From IMG/VR virus record IMGVR_UViG_3300037419_003082, positions 1 through 33,820 of that record: a stretch of DNA of 33,820 nucleotides, one strand, 5' to 3'. The stretch is from a virus (lineage: Duplodnaviria > Caudoviricetes). Below are positions 25,827 to 33,820 of this stretch, piece by piece. The notes below the pieces were generated by a model. It did not search any database, was not told the DNA's origin, and saw only the letters and a program-made list of their open reading frames with translations. Both the position numbers and the translations under genes were made by a program. Numbering within the stretch: the first letter of the stretch is position 1; every line of letters starts with the position of its first letter.

Positions 25827-26393
25827 ATGCTGGTCCGCGCCCTCATTCCCGTCCGCAACGGCGATCGCGATCCCCGCGCGCCGGGCGACGAGTTCGACCT
25901 CGATGTGATGGATGCCTTCGACCTGCGCGAGATTGGCGCGGTCGAGATCCTCGATCCCGAATTTGCCGAGGCCCGTCCGGCACTGCTGTCCGTGGCCGGC
26001 GCCGAAGAGACGTTCGAAGATCCCGGCCTGATCGCCACCCTCACCCAGGAGCGCGACGATGCGCGCCGCGAGGTGGAAGATCTGGGAACTCGCGTCGAAA
26101 GCCTGACCAAGGAGAGGGATGCCGCACTCGCCGACGCCGCCGAGCTGCGCAAGCTCGCCGACGGCGCGACGGCAGAGATCCTGCAGCTGAAGGCGCGCAT
26201 TGCCGAGCTGGAGAAGCCTGGCGAGACGTCGCCGGGCAGCGGTGAGCAGCTGGCCGACGTCACGATGGAGATGACGGCCGCGCAGCTGAAGGCGGTCGCC
26301 AAGGCTGAAACCGTTACCCTCGATGGCAACGAAACCAAGGCTGACCTGGTCGCGAAGATCCGCGCGGCCCGCACCGCCAAGCCGACCGCCTGA
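25827..26393 (+). CDS. Mu gp35-like protein with coiled coil and C-terminal Rho-N/HeH-like motif
   Basis: [12 protein letters not shown]...APGDEF...L..IGAVE; [11 protein letters not shown]...[12 protein letters not shown]. Confidence 0.7.
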   Translation: MLVRALIPVRNGDRDPRAPGDEFDLDVMDAFDLREIGAVEILDPEFAEARPALLSVAGAEETFEDPGLIATLTQERDDARREVEDLGTRVESLTKERDAALADAAELRKLADGATAEILQLKARIAELEKPGETSPGSGEQLADVTMEMTAAQLKAVAKAETVTLDGNETKADLVAKIRAARTAKPTA

Positions 26394-26395
26394 TA

Positions 26396-26638
26396 ATGGC
26401 CGACGGCAACGCAAGCGCGGAGCAGCTCCGCCTTTTCATCGAGCGGATCGAGCGCCTCGAGGAAGAGAAGAAGGGCATCTCTGACGACTTGAAGGACGTC
26501 TATCTGGAGGCGAAAGCCAACGGCTATGACGTCAAGACTATGCGCGCGATCGTCCGTCTGCGCCGCATGGAAAAGAACGCTCGTCAGGAATCCGAAGCGC
26601 TGCTCGACACCTACAAGGCAGCGTTGGGCCTCGACTGA
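26396..26638 (+). CDS. gapR: GapR nucleoid-associated protein (DUF2312)
   Basis: [49 protein letters not shown]...[12 protein letters not shown]. Confidence 0.95.
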   Translation: MADGNASAEQLRLFIERIERLEEEKKGISDDLKDVYLEAKANGYDVKTMRAIVRLRRMEKNARQESEALLDTYKAALGLD

Positions 26639-27354
26639 TGCAGGCCGTCGCCAAACAGCCGTCCGAGCAGCTGAAGCTGCCCATGGCGTTCCCCGGCACC
26701 GTTGTCGCGCTGATCGATATCGGCGCGACGCCTCGCGGCCTGGTCGCGGGGGCGGCGCCGCTTGGCACGATCGGCAGCGTGTTCGGCGGCAAGGTTACGG
26801 CGACGGTCGACGGCGGCACCGATGGCGAGCGCTATCTGCTCACCGCCCGCGCCCAGCTCGACGACGATCAGGAGCTGGAAACCGAGCTGGAAATCGTCGT
26901 CATCGACGGCACCTGGATCATGCCGGACGGCGGCGCGCCGTATCTGACGATCGAGGAGTTCGTGCAGCGCTTCGGCCTGCCCGAAGTGGTGCGGATGACG
27001 GATGCAGAAGGCACCGGCCGCATCGATCGCGAGCTGCTCGTTGCCAAGCTGATCGACGCGCAGGCCATGGTCGAGGCACACCTGGCCGGCCGCTACCAGC
27101 TGCCGCTCGCCCAGGTGCCGCTGATCATCAAGAAGGCGATCGCGGATCTCGCGCGCGCTTCGCTCTATCCGAACGGCGCGCCCGACGGCGTCAGCGACGA
27201 GGCCAAGGCTTCGACCCGGATGCTGGAGCGCATCCAATCCGGTCAGTTCGCCGTCCCGTCGGCCGCGCCGCTCGCTCCGGCCGAAGTGACCAGCGATCCG
27301 GTGATCTTCTCGCCCGGCGAACGCGCCTATCCAGACGGACTGCGCGATTTCTGA
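26638..27354 (+). CDS. Head-tail adaptor (Mu gp36/DUF1320) with an extra ~95-aa N-terminal domain
   Basis: C-terminal YLTIEEFVQRFG..EV..MTD...DA.A.V..HL.GRY.LPL...DLARASLY; N-terminal KQPSE...VDGGTDGERY. Confidence 0.85.
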   Translation: MQAVAKQPSEQLKLPMAFPGTVVALIDIGATPRGLVAGAAPLGTIGSVFGGKVTATVDGGTDGERYLLTARAQLDDDQELETELEIVVIDGTWIMPDGGAPYLTIEEFVQRFGLPEVVRMTDAEGTGRIDRELLVAKLIDAQAMVEAHLAGRYQLPLAQVPLIIKKAIADLARASLYPNGAPDGVSDEAKASTRMLERIQSGQFAVPSAAPLAPAEVTSDPVIFSPGERAYPDGLRDF

Positions 27355-27878
27355 TGGCGGGTGGGATCAACATCTCGATCGAGCTGGGCGAGAACCTCAG
27401 CCAGGCGCTCGCTTTTGCGCAGCGCGCGGCTGTCGACCTGTCGCCGGCGATGCAGGAAATCTCGCTCAACCTGGTCAGCACCACGATCGAGCGGTTCGAG
27501 CAGGAGCGCGGGCCGGACGGCGTGCCGTGGAAGCCTTCGGCTCGCGCGATCGAGGAAGGCGGCAAGACGCTGCAGGACAGCGGCGCGCTGAAGGATTCGA
27601 TCGAGCCGGATTTCGGCACTGACTTCGCAGCCGCCGGCGTGCTCGCCTCGGGCGGCCCGGCCATCTACGCGGCCATTCACCAATTCGGCGGCACGATCCG
27701 CGCCCGCCACAAGAAAGCGCTGAGCTTCGCCGGCCGCATAGTCGCGGCCGTGCGGATCCCGGCGCGGCCGTATCTCGGCTTCGACGACGCCAATCGCGCC
27801 TTCGCCCTGGAGGCGATTTCCGATCACCTGTTCCGCGCCTTCACGGCCGGCGGGGCTAGTTTGGCGCCTGGCCAATGA
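27354..27878 (+). CDS. Virion morphogenesis / tail completion protein (Mu gpG / P2 S family)
   Basis: Start MAGGINI; RFEQERGPDGVPWKPS, LQDSGALKDSI, YAAIHQFGG, IPARPYLG. Confidence 0.92.
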   Translation: MAGGINISIELGENLSQALAFAQRAAVDLSPAMQEISLNLVSTTIERFEQERGPDGVPWKPSARAIEEGGKTLQDSGALKDSIEPDFGTDFAAAGVLASGGPAIYAAIHQFGGTIRARHKKALSFAGRIVAAVRIPARPYLGFDDANRAFALEAISDHLFRAFTAGGASLAPGQ

Positions 27879-28291
27879 AGCTGGCGCCGATCGTCGACCA
27901 GCTGAAGACGGGCGGGCTCGCCAACGTCTCCGGCGCGCTGGAGTTCGCTGGGCTGAAGGGTGCGCCCTCGGGCGAAAGCTTCTGGGTCGTTCCCGAGGAC
28001 GAAGATGCCGCGGCGAACGGCCTGGTGGGCAGCGTGGGTGCGTCCGACCAGCTCGTGACCGAACGCTTCAACGTCGTGATCGTGATGCCGGCCGCGGCCC
28101 GCAATTCGAACATCGTCAGTGACCGGCTGGAAGATCTGAAGCTGAAGGTGATCGGCCGCGTCGCCGGCTGGACCCATCCCGACGGCTCGCGCGCGTGCGA
28201 GTTCGCGGGCGGCAAGCTGCTTTACGCTGACGGAACCGCTCTCGCCTGGGCGGTGCGCTTTAGGACCGCGTGGAGACTGAGGAAAATATGA
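27875..28291 (+). CDS. Tail terminator-like protein
   Basis: 138 aa; V.GA.EFA, WVVP..E.A, GWT.PD, GG.L; position before tail tube. Confidence 0.7.
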   Translation: MKLAPIVDQLKTGGLANVSGALEFAGLKGAPSGESFWVVPEDEDAAANGLVGSVGASDQLVTERFNVVIVMPAAARNSNIVSDRLEDLKLKVIGRVAGWTHPDGSRACEFAGGKLLYADGTALAWAVRFRTAWRLRKI

Positions 28292-28551
28292 GCAGGAAAC
28301 CGAAGATCGAAGCGGCCGAGCTGTCGGCCGACGAGCAGGTCCAAGCCGAGGCGACCCAGCCGCGGCGCATGGACGAGAACGGCTTCGAGCTGGACAGCTG
28401 GGGCCTCCCCCTGGTCGGTCCCCGCCGTCTCGCGGTGCTGGACGGGCGCCCGGATCCGGTCGTCGACGAAGATGGCTGGAATGCTGCGAACGCGGGCGCG
28501 CTCGGCGCCAGCACGGGCGACCAGTCCGGCACCCAGACCCAGGAGAACTGA
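28288..28551 (+). CDS. Hypothetical acidic protein (87 aa)
   Basis: ATGA overlap; RMDENGFELDSWGLPL.GP.R. Confidence 0.65.
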   Translation: MSRKPKIEAAELSADEQVQAEATQPRRMDENGFELDSWGLPLVGPRRLAVLDGRPDPVVDEDGWNAANAGALGASTGDQSGTQTQEN

Positions 28552-28554
28552 TCC

Positions 28555-29496
28555 ATGGTCGGTATCACCAAGACCCTGCTCCTGAAGAAGGAGCTGACCT
28601 ACGGCACCGATGCGGCCCCGACGGCGGCAGCCAACGCCGCGCTCACCCGCAACTTCCGCCGCACGCCGCTGCAGATGGACAATATCGAGCGCAACCTGGA
28701 CGTTCCGACGCTCGGCGGCTCGCCCGTGGCCAACACCAACGCGCGTGAGACGTTCAGCTACGAGCTGGAGCTGGCCGGGTCCGGCGCGGCCGGGACCGCT
28801 GCCGCCTGGATGGAGCATCTGGAAGGGTGCGGCATGGTCGCGCCGATCCTTACGGCCGCGACCGATGCCAAGCAGAAGTTCGCGGCCGCAGGCGCGGCGC
28901 TCAGCTCCGTCTCGGCGTATAGCTGGCGCGGCGACCAGAAACTGATCGGCCTGGGCGCGCGCGGCAGCTTCGGCTTCAACTTCACCGCTGGCGCCTACCC
29001 GTTCCTGAACCTGTCCTTCGTGGCCCTGGTGCCGGCGGGCGTGCCGCTCACCGACGCCAATCCCGGCGCGGCCGATTTCACCCGCTGGCAGGCGCCGGTG
29101 GAGGTCAACACGGCCAACACCCAGTTCATGCTGGATGGCTATGCGGCCAAGCTGCAGTCGCTGACGGCCGAGATCGGCGCGCAGCCCGCGATCGTGAACC
29201 TGGTCGGCGAGAACTCGGTGCGCCGCGGCAATCATGCGATCACGGGCCAGATCGTCATTAAGGCGCCCAAGGCCGGGTCCGAGAAGGACTATTTCACCAA
29301 GCTGCGCACCGGCGGGGATCTGCCGATCCAGCTGATCCACGGCCTGGCCGCGGGCAACATCGTCCAGCTCGACATGGCGCATTGCCAGCTGACCTCGATC
29401 GAGGAGCAGGATGCCGGTGACGATCTGATGTATCAGATCGGCTACCGCGCCAACGTCAGCGTCGGCCAGGACGACCTGGTCTGGACCGTCAAGTAA
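28555..29496 (+). CDS. Major tail tube protein (non-contractile)
   Basis: 313 aa; K.E.TYGTDAAP, ELAGSGAAGTA, GARG, IHG..AGNIV; no sheath gene present. Confidence 0.88.
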   Translation: MVGITKTLLLKKELTYGTDAAPTAAANAALTRNFRRTPLQMDNIERNLDVPTLGGSPVANTNARETFSYELELAGSGAAGTAAAWMEHLEGCGMVAPILTAATDAKQKFAAAGAALSSVSAYSWRGDQKLIGLGARGSFGFNFTAGAYPFLNLSFVALVPAGVPLTDANPGAADFTRWQAPVEVNTANTQFMLDGYAAKLQSLTAEIGAQPAIVNLVGENSVRRGNHAITGQIVIKAPKAGSEKDYFTKLRTGGDLPIQLIHGLAAGNIVQLDMAHCQLTSIEEQDAGDDLMYQIGYRANVSVGQDDLVWTVK

Positions 29497-29508
29497 GGGG
29501 GCGCAGGC

Positions 29509-29928
29509 ATGTTCAAGCTGGTAGACGAAGCGCGCGCCTGGTGGCCGGTGACCTGGCCGGGCGTGTCCGAGGACGGCACCGTCGTCGAGAACAGGATCGA
29601 GATGCAGTTTCGGCTGCTGGATGCCGACGCCAATGTCGCATTCCTCGCCGAGGCGGTGAAGACCGACCAGAAGGTCGCGGAGCTGCGCGCTGCGATCGTC
29701 GCCGGCACGAGGGCTGAGAGCGATCCGCAGCCGTCCGAGATCTACGCGGCCTTTCTTGGCCGTGTCGTCCTCGATTGGCGTGGGGTCGCTGCCGCCAATG
29801 GCGAGACGCTGGCCTTCTCACCCGAAGCCCTGGTCCGGTTGATGAAGGTCAACGGCGCGTCGGATGCGGCCACCGCAGCCTATCGTGATTGCCTCCGTGG
29901 CCGAGCGGAGGTGCGGGCGGGAAACTGA
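29509..29928 (+). CDS. Tail assembly chaperone (gpG-like)
   Basis: WWPVTWP...QFRLL...VLDWRGV...FSPEAL; ends at slippery GGGAAAC. Confidence 0.85.
   Translation: MFKLVDEARAWWPVTWPGVSEDGTVVENRIEMQFRLLDADANVAFLAEAVKTDQKVAELRAAIVAGTRAESDPQPSEIYAAFLGRVVLDWRGVAAANGETLAFSPEALVRLMKVNGASDAATAAYRDCLRGRAEVRAGN
29919..29925 (+). other. Programmed -1 frameshift slippery site G GGA AAC
   Basis: X XXY YYZ directly before the chaperone stop; -1 frame reads KLRAVAHAW... to 30257. Confidence 0.85.
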
Positions 29929-30257
29929 GGGCCGTCGCGCACGCCTGGGCCAAGGGGCGCGGCGGCGAAAAGGTGGCCGACGATGATCCGTTTGCGGCTC
30001 AGGTCGAAGCCCATCTGACGCGGCGTCCGGCGCAGCTTCAGGTCGAGATCGGGCCCGATGAAGTCGATGCCGTCGCGCTGTTCATGTCGCTCGGCACGCA
30101 GTGGCGGTGGCACCCGACGGTCGGTGTGCGGCTGGGGCTGATTTACGAGGCGATCAAGCCGACGGCCGAGAATTTGGGGCTTGAAATGACGCCGAGGCTG
30201 TTCACCGATTTGCGCATCATGGAGGACGCGGCAATCGTCGCGTCGGCCGAACGATGA
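29919..30257 (+). CDS. Frameshift extension of tail chaperone (gpGT-like, DUF1799-like)
   Basis: AVALFMSLGTQWR...GLIYEA...LFTDLRIMEDAA; no convincing independent start. Confidence 0.8.
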   Translation, partial: GKLRAVAHAWAKGRGGEKVADDDPFAAQVEAHLTRRPAQLQVEIGPDEVDAVALFMSLGTQWRWHPTVGVRLGLIYEAIKPTAENLGLEMTPRLFTDLRIMEDAAIVASAER

Positions 30258-33200
30258 CGGATCTTGTAGTTCAGGTCCGGCTGAGCGGGAAGGATGATGG
30301 CCTGGTCGGGCAGCTCCAGCTGTCGACCAAGGAGTTTCAGGACCTCACGAACGCGCAAAAGGAGGCCGCGGCGCAGGCCGGCAAGCTCGGCTCGTCGACG
30401 TCGGGCGCGGGATCGGCCGCCCAGGGCGCCGCGCGCCAGGCGCAGTCACTCTCCGATGCGAACGAGGATCTCGCCAAGTCGGAGAAGCAGGCCTCGGACG
30501 GCGCGCGCCGCCTCACTAAGGATCTGAACGACGTCGATCGTCAGAGCAGCAGCAGCAGCGGAAAGTTCGACCAGCTCGGCGGCTCTGCGAAGCGACTGTT
30601 CGATTCGTTCCTGTCTGGCTCGGCACCCGTTTCCGAGCTGATCTCGCAGACCACCGATCTCGGCCAGAGCATTACTGAGAATCTCGGATCGACGGGCAAG
30701 GCCGGCGCTGCGGCCGCATTCATGCAGGGACCATGGGGCGCGGCAATCAATCTCGCCGTCAGCGGCGTCGGGCTCTTGGCCCTCGCGCTGCTCGGCGCGG
30801 GCGACGCTGCCCTGCAGAAGAAAGAAGCGGTCGAGGAGCTGTACAAGGCGATCGACGATCTGAACGCCCGGACGAAGGACTCAATCACCACTCAGCAGCG
30901 CGAGCTGTTCATCACCCAGGCGACCGCCGAAGCGCACCTCGAAAAGGCGCTGAACATCCGCAAGGAAATCGCCGCCCAGATCGATTTGCAGAAGCAGCGG
31001 CTCGCCGAGGCGCAGCTCGCCGATCGGCTGGACCCGACCGGCAGTCGCATTCCCGGCGTCGAAGCCTCTTTCGCGGATAGAGCGCTCGCGCAGCTCGAAG
31101 CTGACCGAGTTGCCAACGAAGCCGCTGTCGGCAAGGCGCGCGAAAACGCGGTTCGTGCCCAGGCGCGCATCACTCAGCAGCTGGTGCGCGAATCCCTGGA
31201 CCCGGCCGCGGCCGCCACTGGCCGCTATCAGCGCCAGGTCGACCTGCTCAATCGCCAGCTCGAAAAGGGCGAGATCACCGGTGAGCGGTATCGGGTTCGA
31301 TATACCGAGCTGACCCGGCAGTATGAGGCCGCGACCGACGCCGCCCGCGGCCATTCGACCGTGTCGACGACGCTGGCCGATGCTCAGGCGCGCGAAGCGG
31401 CCGCGTCCGGCCAGCTCTCGCGTGCCCAGGCACATTTGAACACGGTGCGAGCCCAGGCCCGCGCGGACCTGAAGGCCGGCACGATCGACCAGGCCGAATA
31501 TAGCCGACGCGTAGGAGAGGCCGAACAGGGGGTGACGTCGGCCCGCGCCGCCGTCGATGCGGCCCGTCAATCTCAGCGATCGCACAATCAGGAGCTGCGC
31601 GACGCGGCAAAGGCGACGCGCGAGGCGGACCGCGCGACGCGCGAGCTGCAGTCGACGCTCGAACAGGTCCAGCGCCGCTTTGATCCCGTCGCCGACGTCG
31701 CGCGACGTTATGCCGAGACACTGTCGGACATCGCGAAGCTCCAGGACGCGGGCAAGATCACTCCCGACCAAGCGTTCGACTACACGATGCGCGCGGCCGC
31801 CGAAGCCCAAAAGGAGGCCGACGAGGAGCGCGCCAAGCGGCAGAAGGCGCTGGTCGGCGACTGGAACGATGACATGAAGAATGTCGTCGACAGCATCGAC
31901 AAACGAATGGACTCCGGCATGAAGTCGGCCGCCCGGACGTTCAGAACCCACGGCACCGAAGCGGCGACCGCCATCGCCGATGTCATCGGCGGCAGGGCCG
32001 GCAACCTATTGCGGACGATCCTGCAGGATCTGGACCGTGGCCGCTCTGGGACCGGCCTTGGCAGCACGTTCGGCATGGGGTTGGATCGGGGCGGAGCCGG
32101 CGGAATCACCGGGTTGCCAGGCGTCAGCTCGTTCCTCCTCGGCCGCCAGCCAAGCCCTCAAGAGATCCGTGAGTGGTACGCGACCCCCGAGGCTGAGCGC
32201 GGCGCCAAGCCTGGCACGGGCGGCGGCTTCCTGGCCGGCTTCGAGAAAGCGAACACGCAGTTTACCCAGGGCATCGACAAGGCCTTCGATCGCGTCTTCG
32301 GCGAGAAGGGCATCTTCTCGGAGGGCTTCAGCAAGACGCTAGGGCAAGCCTTCGGCGCCGCGCAGATCGGCGGCCAGGTCGGGAAGGGCGTCACTGACGC
32401 GCTCGGCATTAAAGGGTCCACCATGGGAGGTAAAATTGGTGGTGCCCTTGGAAGCCTGACCGGTATTCCAGGCGCGGATATTATCGGGTCGATCGCCGGC
32501 TCTGTGATCGGCGGGCTTATCAAATCCACGCCGCGCGCCTCCGCCACCATTACCAGCGTCGACGAGAAGGCGGCAGTTGCCGGCAACAATGCTGGGTTGC
32601 GCCAGGCGGCGTCGGGCCTCGCCACGTCCGTTCAGGGCGGGCTACAGCAGATCGCCGACACGCTTGGCGGCACGCTCGGCAACTTCGCCGTGTCGATCGG
32701 CGTGCGCGACAAGAACCTCCGCGTCGATACGAGCGGCAGTGGTATCACCAAGACAAAGAAGGGCGCGGTCGATTTCGGCCAGGACGAAGGGGGCGCCATC
32801 GCGTTCGCGATCGCGGACGCACTTGCCGACGGCGCAATTCAGGGGCTTTCGCCGAAGGTCGCCCAGGCGCTCCGATCCAACCCGGATCTCGACAAGGCGA
32901 TCAAGGAAGCACTGAACGTGCAGCAGCTCGAAACGCTGCTGCAGGGCATCGACGGCGCGATCGGCAAGACGTTCAAGGATCTCGAAGCCCAGATCGCCGA
33001 GCGGAATCGTATCGCGAAGAAATACGGCTTCGACCTGGTCAAGCTGGAAGAGCAGAACGCGAAGGATCGCAAGGCCGCCTTCGAGCAGGTGCTGGCCGAG
33101 CGCACCGGCCCGCTCCAGGCGTTGCTGAAGGATCTGTCGTTCGGCAACCTATTCGAAGGCTCGCTGTCCGAGCAGCGCGACAAGGTGCTGGGAGAGATCG

Positions 33201-33583
33201 CGAAGGCCGAGGCCGATGCGACTGCCGGCAAGGATGGGGCCGCGCAGCAGGTCGCGGATCTGCGCCGCCAGCTGCTCGACATCAGCCGCAACGCCTTCGG
33301 CACCGCAGGCCCCGAATATGCGTCGGACCTGAACAGCTCGCGCGCCTCGGCTGAGCGCATCATCGCGCTGGAGAATGAGCGCGTGAAGGCCCAGGCTGAC
33401 CTGGCGCAATCGACCAACGAAGAGCTGAAGAAGGGCAACCAGCTTGCCGACGAAACCAACGACCAGCTCGCCGAGATCAAGACGATCCTGAACCGGATCG
33501 CGAACAATCCGGCCCAAGCCGCGGCGATGGGCGGCGGAGGTGGTCGGACGTCGTTCGTCACTCAACGGAATGCGGTGCTGTGA
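30254..33583 (+). CDS. Tail tape measure protein
   Basis: 1109 aa, Ala/Gln/Glu-rich helical with hydrophobic and Gly-rich segments; follows the chaperones. Confidence 0.92.
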   Translation: MTDLVVQVRLSGKDDGLVGQLQLSTKEFQDLTNAQKEAAAQAGKLGSSTSGAGSAAQGAARQAQSLSDANEDLAKSEKQASDGARRLTKDLNDVDRQSSSSSGKFDQLGGSAKRLFDSFLSGSAPVSELISQTTDLGQSITENLGSTGKAGAAAAFMQGPWGAAINLAVSGVGLLALALLGAGDAALQKKEAVEELYKAIDDLNARTKDSITTQQRELFITQATAEAHLEKALNIRKEIAAQIDLQKQRLAEAQLADRLDPTGSRIPGVEASFADRALAQLEADRVANEAAVGKARENAVRAQARITQQLVRESLDPAAAATGRYQRQVDLLNRQLEKGEITGERYRVRYTELTRQYEAATDAARGHSTVSTTLADAQAREAAASGQLSRAQAHLNTVRAQARADLKAGTIDQAEYSRRVGEAEQGVTSARAAVDAARQSQRSHNQELRDAAKATREADRATRELQSTLEQVQRRFDPVADVARRYAETLSDIAKLQDAGKITPDQAFDYTMRAAAEAQKEADEERAKRQKALVGDWNDDMKNVVDSIDKRMDSGMKSAARTFRTHGTEAATAIADVIGGRAGNLLRTILQDLDRGRSGTGLGSTFGMGLDRGGAGGITGLPGVSSFLLGRQPSPQEIREWYATPEAERGAKPGTGGGFLAGFEKANTQFTQGIDKAFDRVFGEKGIFSEGFSKTLGQAFGAAQIGGQVGKGVTDALGIKGSTMGGKIGGALGSLTGIPGADIIGSIAGSVIGGLIKSTPRASATITSVDEKAAVAGNNAGLRQAASGLATSVQGGLQQIADTLGGTLGNFAVSIGVRDKNLRVDTSGSGITKTKKGAVDFGQDEGGAIAFAIADALADGAIQGLSPKVAQALRSNPDLDKAIKEALNVQQLETLLQGIDGAIGKTFKDLEAQIAERNRIAKKYGFDLVKLEEQNAKDRKAAFEQVLAERTGPLQALLKDLSFGNLFEGSLSEQRDKVLGEIAKAEADATAGKDGAAQQVADLRRQLLDISRNAFGTAGPEYASDLNSSRASAERIIALENERVKAQADLAQSTNEELKKGNQLADETNDQLAEIKTILNRIANNPAQAAAMGGGGGRTSFVTQRNAVL

Positions 33584-33820
33584 GCGTCCGCACGCTGATC
33601 GACGCGAGCCCGCGCAACCCCGCGACCGGGGCCGTCCAAGCCGTGCGTCTGGGCGGCGGCGGTACGGCGCCGCTGCGGCATGGGGGCAGGATTACCGCGC
33701 CGGGATCGTGCGCAGCCCGCGCTTCTCGGCGAAGCTGTCGTTCGACGAGAATGGCTGGACCGGCGGCGTGTTGCCGACCACCGGCACCGTCGTGTTTGCG
33801 CCAGCGCAGGCGTTGCTGCT
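33580..33820 (+). CDS. Tail tip gene, 5' part (truncated by window), with apparent frameshift in G-run at 33682-33686
   Basis: GTGA overlap with TMP stop; MSVRTLIDASPRNPATG...RHG then best codon usage continues in the -1 frame as QDYRAGIVRSPRFSAKLSFDENGWTGG. Confidence 0.6.
   Translation, partial: MSVRTLIDASPRNPATGAVQAVRLGGGGTAPLRHGGRITAPGSCAARASRRSCRSTRMAGPAACCRPPAPSCLRQRRRCC

Larger units (their letters stand above)
1..33820. mobile_element. Mu-like transposable prophage (siphovirus-type tail), interior segment; ends not in window
   Basis: Mu-type DDE transposase, AAA B protein, ner, gam, gemA, DUF3486/terL/DUF935 portal/MuF, Mu-I protease, DUF1320, gpG, tail tube and TMP; no duplicated core functions and no flanking host genes. 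Confidence 0.95.

Overview
The window is the interior of a GC-rich, Mu-like (transposable) prophage with a non-contractile tail, most likely in an alphaproteobacterial (sphingomonad-like) host; neither prophage end nor any lysis gene is visible. The genome is split into two divergent arms. The minus-strand arm (18.5 kb to base 1) runs ner, transposase A, ATPase B, semi-essential genes (gam, a DnaA-domain-IV protein, a LexA-DBD-only protein, gemA, a DNA methyltransferase), a Mor/C-like activator, terS, terL, portal, MuF with a C-terminal PBECR2-like nuclease domain, and a three-gene fibre/beta-helix module. The plus-strand arm (23.3 kb onward) runs Mu-I-type protease, DUF2190, capsid, gp35-like, gapR, gp36-like adaptor, gpG-like, tail terminator, tail tube, frameshifted chaperones and tape measure. 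Between the arms lie a CI/S24 repressor and a cargo island (lipoprotein, HNH nuclease, a LexA-box-controlled two-gene operon, a putative ART-fold protein and others). The best novelty candidate is a ~100-nt structured RNA with its own promoter and terminator (3821-3955), transcribed convergently into the MuF-nuclease gene, which has no obvious protein immunity partner; it may be an RNA antitoxin or antisense regulator. Other candidates are a multi-hairpin T-loop element before the capsid gene, the bidirectional architecture, a head-linked fibre/depolymerase module and an SOS circuit. Family calls come from motif recognition by eye, not database searches.
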